From Mantamonas sphyraenae STR306 (Eukaryota > Protista > CRuMs): a DNA stretch of 64,000 nt. The DNA lies in assembly GCA_026936335.1 (NCBI GenBank), contig JAPMXV010000042.1, positions 248,001-312,000 of the forward strand, given 5' to 3'. Positions 61,849 through 64,000 of this stretch are shown piece after piece; position 1 is the first letter of the stretch; every line of letters starts with the position of its first letter. Below the pieces are notes generated by a model. The model worked only from the letters and a program-made list of their open reading frames with translations. It ran no database searches and was not told where the DNA came from. A program made the position numbers and the translations under genes.

Positions 61849-63771
61849 TCAAAAATTGTATTGGCCCTCATCGCCATGCTGGCTGTTGAGCATCTCCTGG
61901 GCTTCGACGGCCGCAACGGCCTGTTCTTCGTCCTGTTGCTGCTTGAAGAGTTGGTTGGCCTTGAGATCCGAGTAGACGGAGAACAAGAGGTGGAGACTCT
62001 CGATCATCTTGCTATGCACAGGGACGTCCATGATGCCGCACACAATGCGTGCATAGGTGTCCAGGTCGACGTCCATGTCGGCCGAAGGCAACTCCACACC
62101 CGACTTGAGCAGCTCCTCAAACTCGGGGGGCCAGATCTGCATCAAATCGTCGATGGAAGGCATGTTCTTTGTGTAGTGCACCGTGGCCTGTGGGGTGACG
62201 CGGTGCAGCTTGCTGATGTCCTTGGCCCATTTGTCGATGAGGTGGCCGCTCTTGTCTGCGCGTTCGATGGTGGGCACAGACACGGGTGCCTCCACCGTGT
62301 CCTTGCTGATCTGTCGCAGGCGCAACTGAAGCACCGCCGGGTCGGACTGGATGGCCGCGGGCTCGTCAAGCACGGTCAACCCCAGTGCATCCGCCTCTCC
62401 GTCCGGCCGCGGGATCTTGATAAAGGCGTCGATGTCACCCACAGCGGGAATGTAGTCCGGAATAAATGGACGCAGCTTCGTTTCGATTTCCACAGTCTGC
62501 GGCTTGTACCGCGTGATGTACTGGAAGAGTTCCTTGATCTCGTGTGCCACATCCAGGTCCTTGTAGTCGTCCGGATTGTATCCAGCCTGCCAACCGCCCG
62601 AGGCCCCCACTGTGTGCATGGCCGAGTAGCCCTCGTTGCCGTTGCCATGGTCTGCGTCCTCCTCATCCTCCTCATCCTCCTCTTCTTCCTCCTCTTCATC
62701 CTCTTCGTCGTCCTCCTCGGCTTCGTCCGTGCTATCGTCACTCCATTGGTCCTGTGGCTGCTGCGGCGACTCTTTGGGTCCGCCTGCCAGCCCTGCGGCC
62801 GCTCCGTGGTCAAACTGGGCCGGCGGCGCTTCTGTGGGCATGGTTGCTGCCAATCCTCCCGAACGCCCAAACTGCCCCTGCATGCCTGTGCGCCCGTTGT
62901 GGTCCTCCTCATTATCATCATCTTCTTCGTCCTCTTCCTCTTCATCCTCGTCTGTGCTGCCGTAGCTGTGCTGGCTGCGCTCGGGCGTCTTGGGCGGTGT
63001 GTCTGCGTGGGGCGGGCAAGGCGTTTTGGCGCGCACCGCGGATACAAAGTCGTGTGAGTGTGTGTGGTGTGTGCAATATGTGGAGGCAGTGTGCGGGTGG
63101 GTGGTGATGGGTGATGGATGATGGTGATGGATGGGTGCCCCGATGAACGGAAAAGGGTGCTTGGTTGTTCAACAACTAGGGGGGGTTGCCGGCTGCTGTG
63201 ATCTCCAAACTTACCGATTCGCTGGCTTGCCGCGAGGGTTTGCTGGCCCTGTGTGAATCCGACGTCACCGTCGCCGTCGTCAGAACCATCTACAGAGATG
63301 GCCTCATCGTACATCTCGTTCTCCACCATCTGGGACTGTGTGCAGTGATGCAGCGAGCGTGCGTGAGCGCGAGGTGGTGAAAGGCGCGGTGGAAAAACGG
63401 TCGCGCCGGTACTCTGGCCAAACGGCGAACCACAGCCGTGCGCACAGGCGGCCGGGGACACGGATCACACAGGGTAGGGAGCCCCAGGACAAGGAAACGT
63501 ACGCGAGTGGTGCCCATCATGGAGTTGGACGTTGCGCCCAGGTTTGTGGTGCCGCCAAAGGTGTTGGTTGTCGCGCCAAAAGTACTCGTGCCGCCTGTGG
63601 TGCGTGTCGTGCCACCCATGCCGTAGTTGAACTCGTCCTCCGAGTCCGAGTCATTGTCTCCGCCCGTTCGTTGGTTTTTCTGCAGCATCGACATGTAGTC
63701 CTCGTTGTCCGAGCTGTCCGAATCCGAAAAGTCGCCTCCCGCCGGTGGCGCCTCGCTGGGCATGGACATGT
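61849..63771 (-). CDS. IFT46: Intraflagellar transport protein 46; exons 63771-63503, 63335-63215, 63002-61849 (may extend 5' beyond the window)
   Basis: YNPDDYKDLDV..EIKELFQYITRYKPQ..E.ETKLRPFIPDYIPAVGDIDAFIKIPRPD....LGLTVLDEP...QSDP and MPSIDDLMQIWP, with an acidic N-terminus. Donors GTACGT and GTAAGT and CAG acceptors are in phase. Confidence 0.95.
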
Positions 63772-64000
63772 CTACAAGATTCATGTGTGCGGACGCATGG
63801 GGAGATGGGGAGGGGGTGGGGATGGGTGTCAGAGGGTAAGCTTTCGGGAGAGGAGGTGGGGAGAGTTTGGAACGCACTGAGGGGGTTGTGGTTTGGTTGC
63901 GTCGACCTGTGACGGTCAGCAATGCATTGTCCTTTGCTTTCTTCATAAATCCTTTTCCCACCCGCGTCCCCCTTTCCGTCCTCCCATCCTTTCATTCATT

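Overview
Compact, roughly 60% GC nuclear DNA of a flagellated eukaryote, most likely a protist, with GT-AG spliceosomal introns and an IFT46 gene. Bases 1-20.3 kb hold ten tightly packed genes: an ATP synthase subunit f-like gene, URB1, RRP8, a DUF971 protein, a GCK/Mia40-like protein, TBCB, cytosolic LeuRS, an unknown possibly PsbP/Mog1-fold protein, TOM40 and TMED10/p24-delta. IFT46 closes the window on the minus strand. Bases 21271-61671 are most simply read as one apparently intronless gene of about 13,470 aa, split here into six ORFs by five 1-nt indels that are probably read errors. It encodes a signal peptide, about 32 bacterial-type cadherin-like (VNDAP) repeats, an autotransporter-like beta-solenoid, a PSI domain, fibrinogen/LamG modules and Cys-ladder hairpins inserted into one shared loop of the cadherin-like repeats. 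These are followed by ADAMTS-type Cys repeats, IPT, two REJ-GAIN/GPS modules and the 5-TM N-terminal membrane domain of polycystin-1, with no PLAT or channel domain. All calls come from motif recognition by eye; no searches were run.
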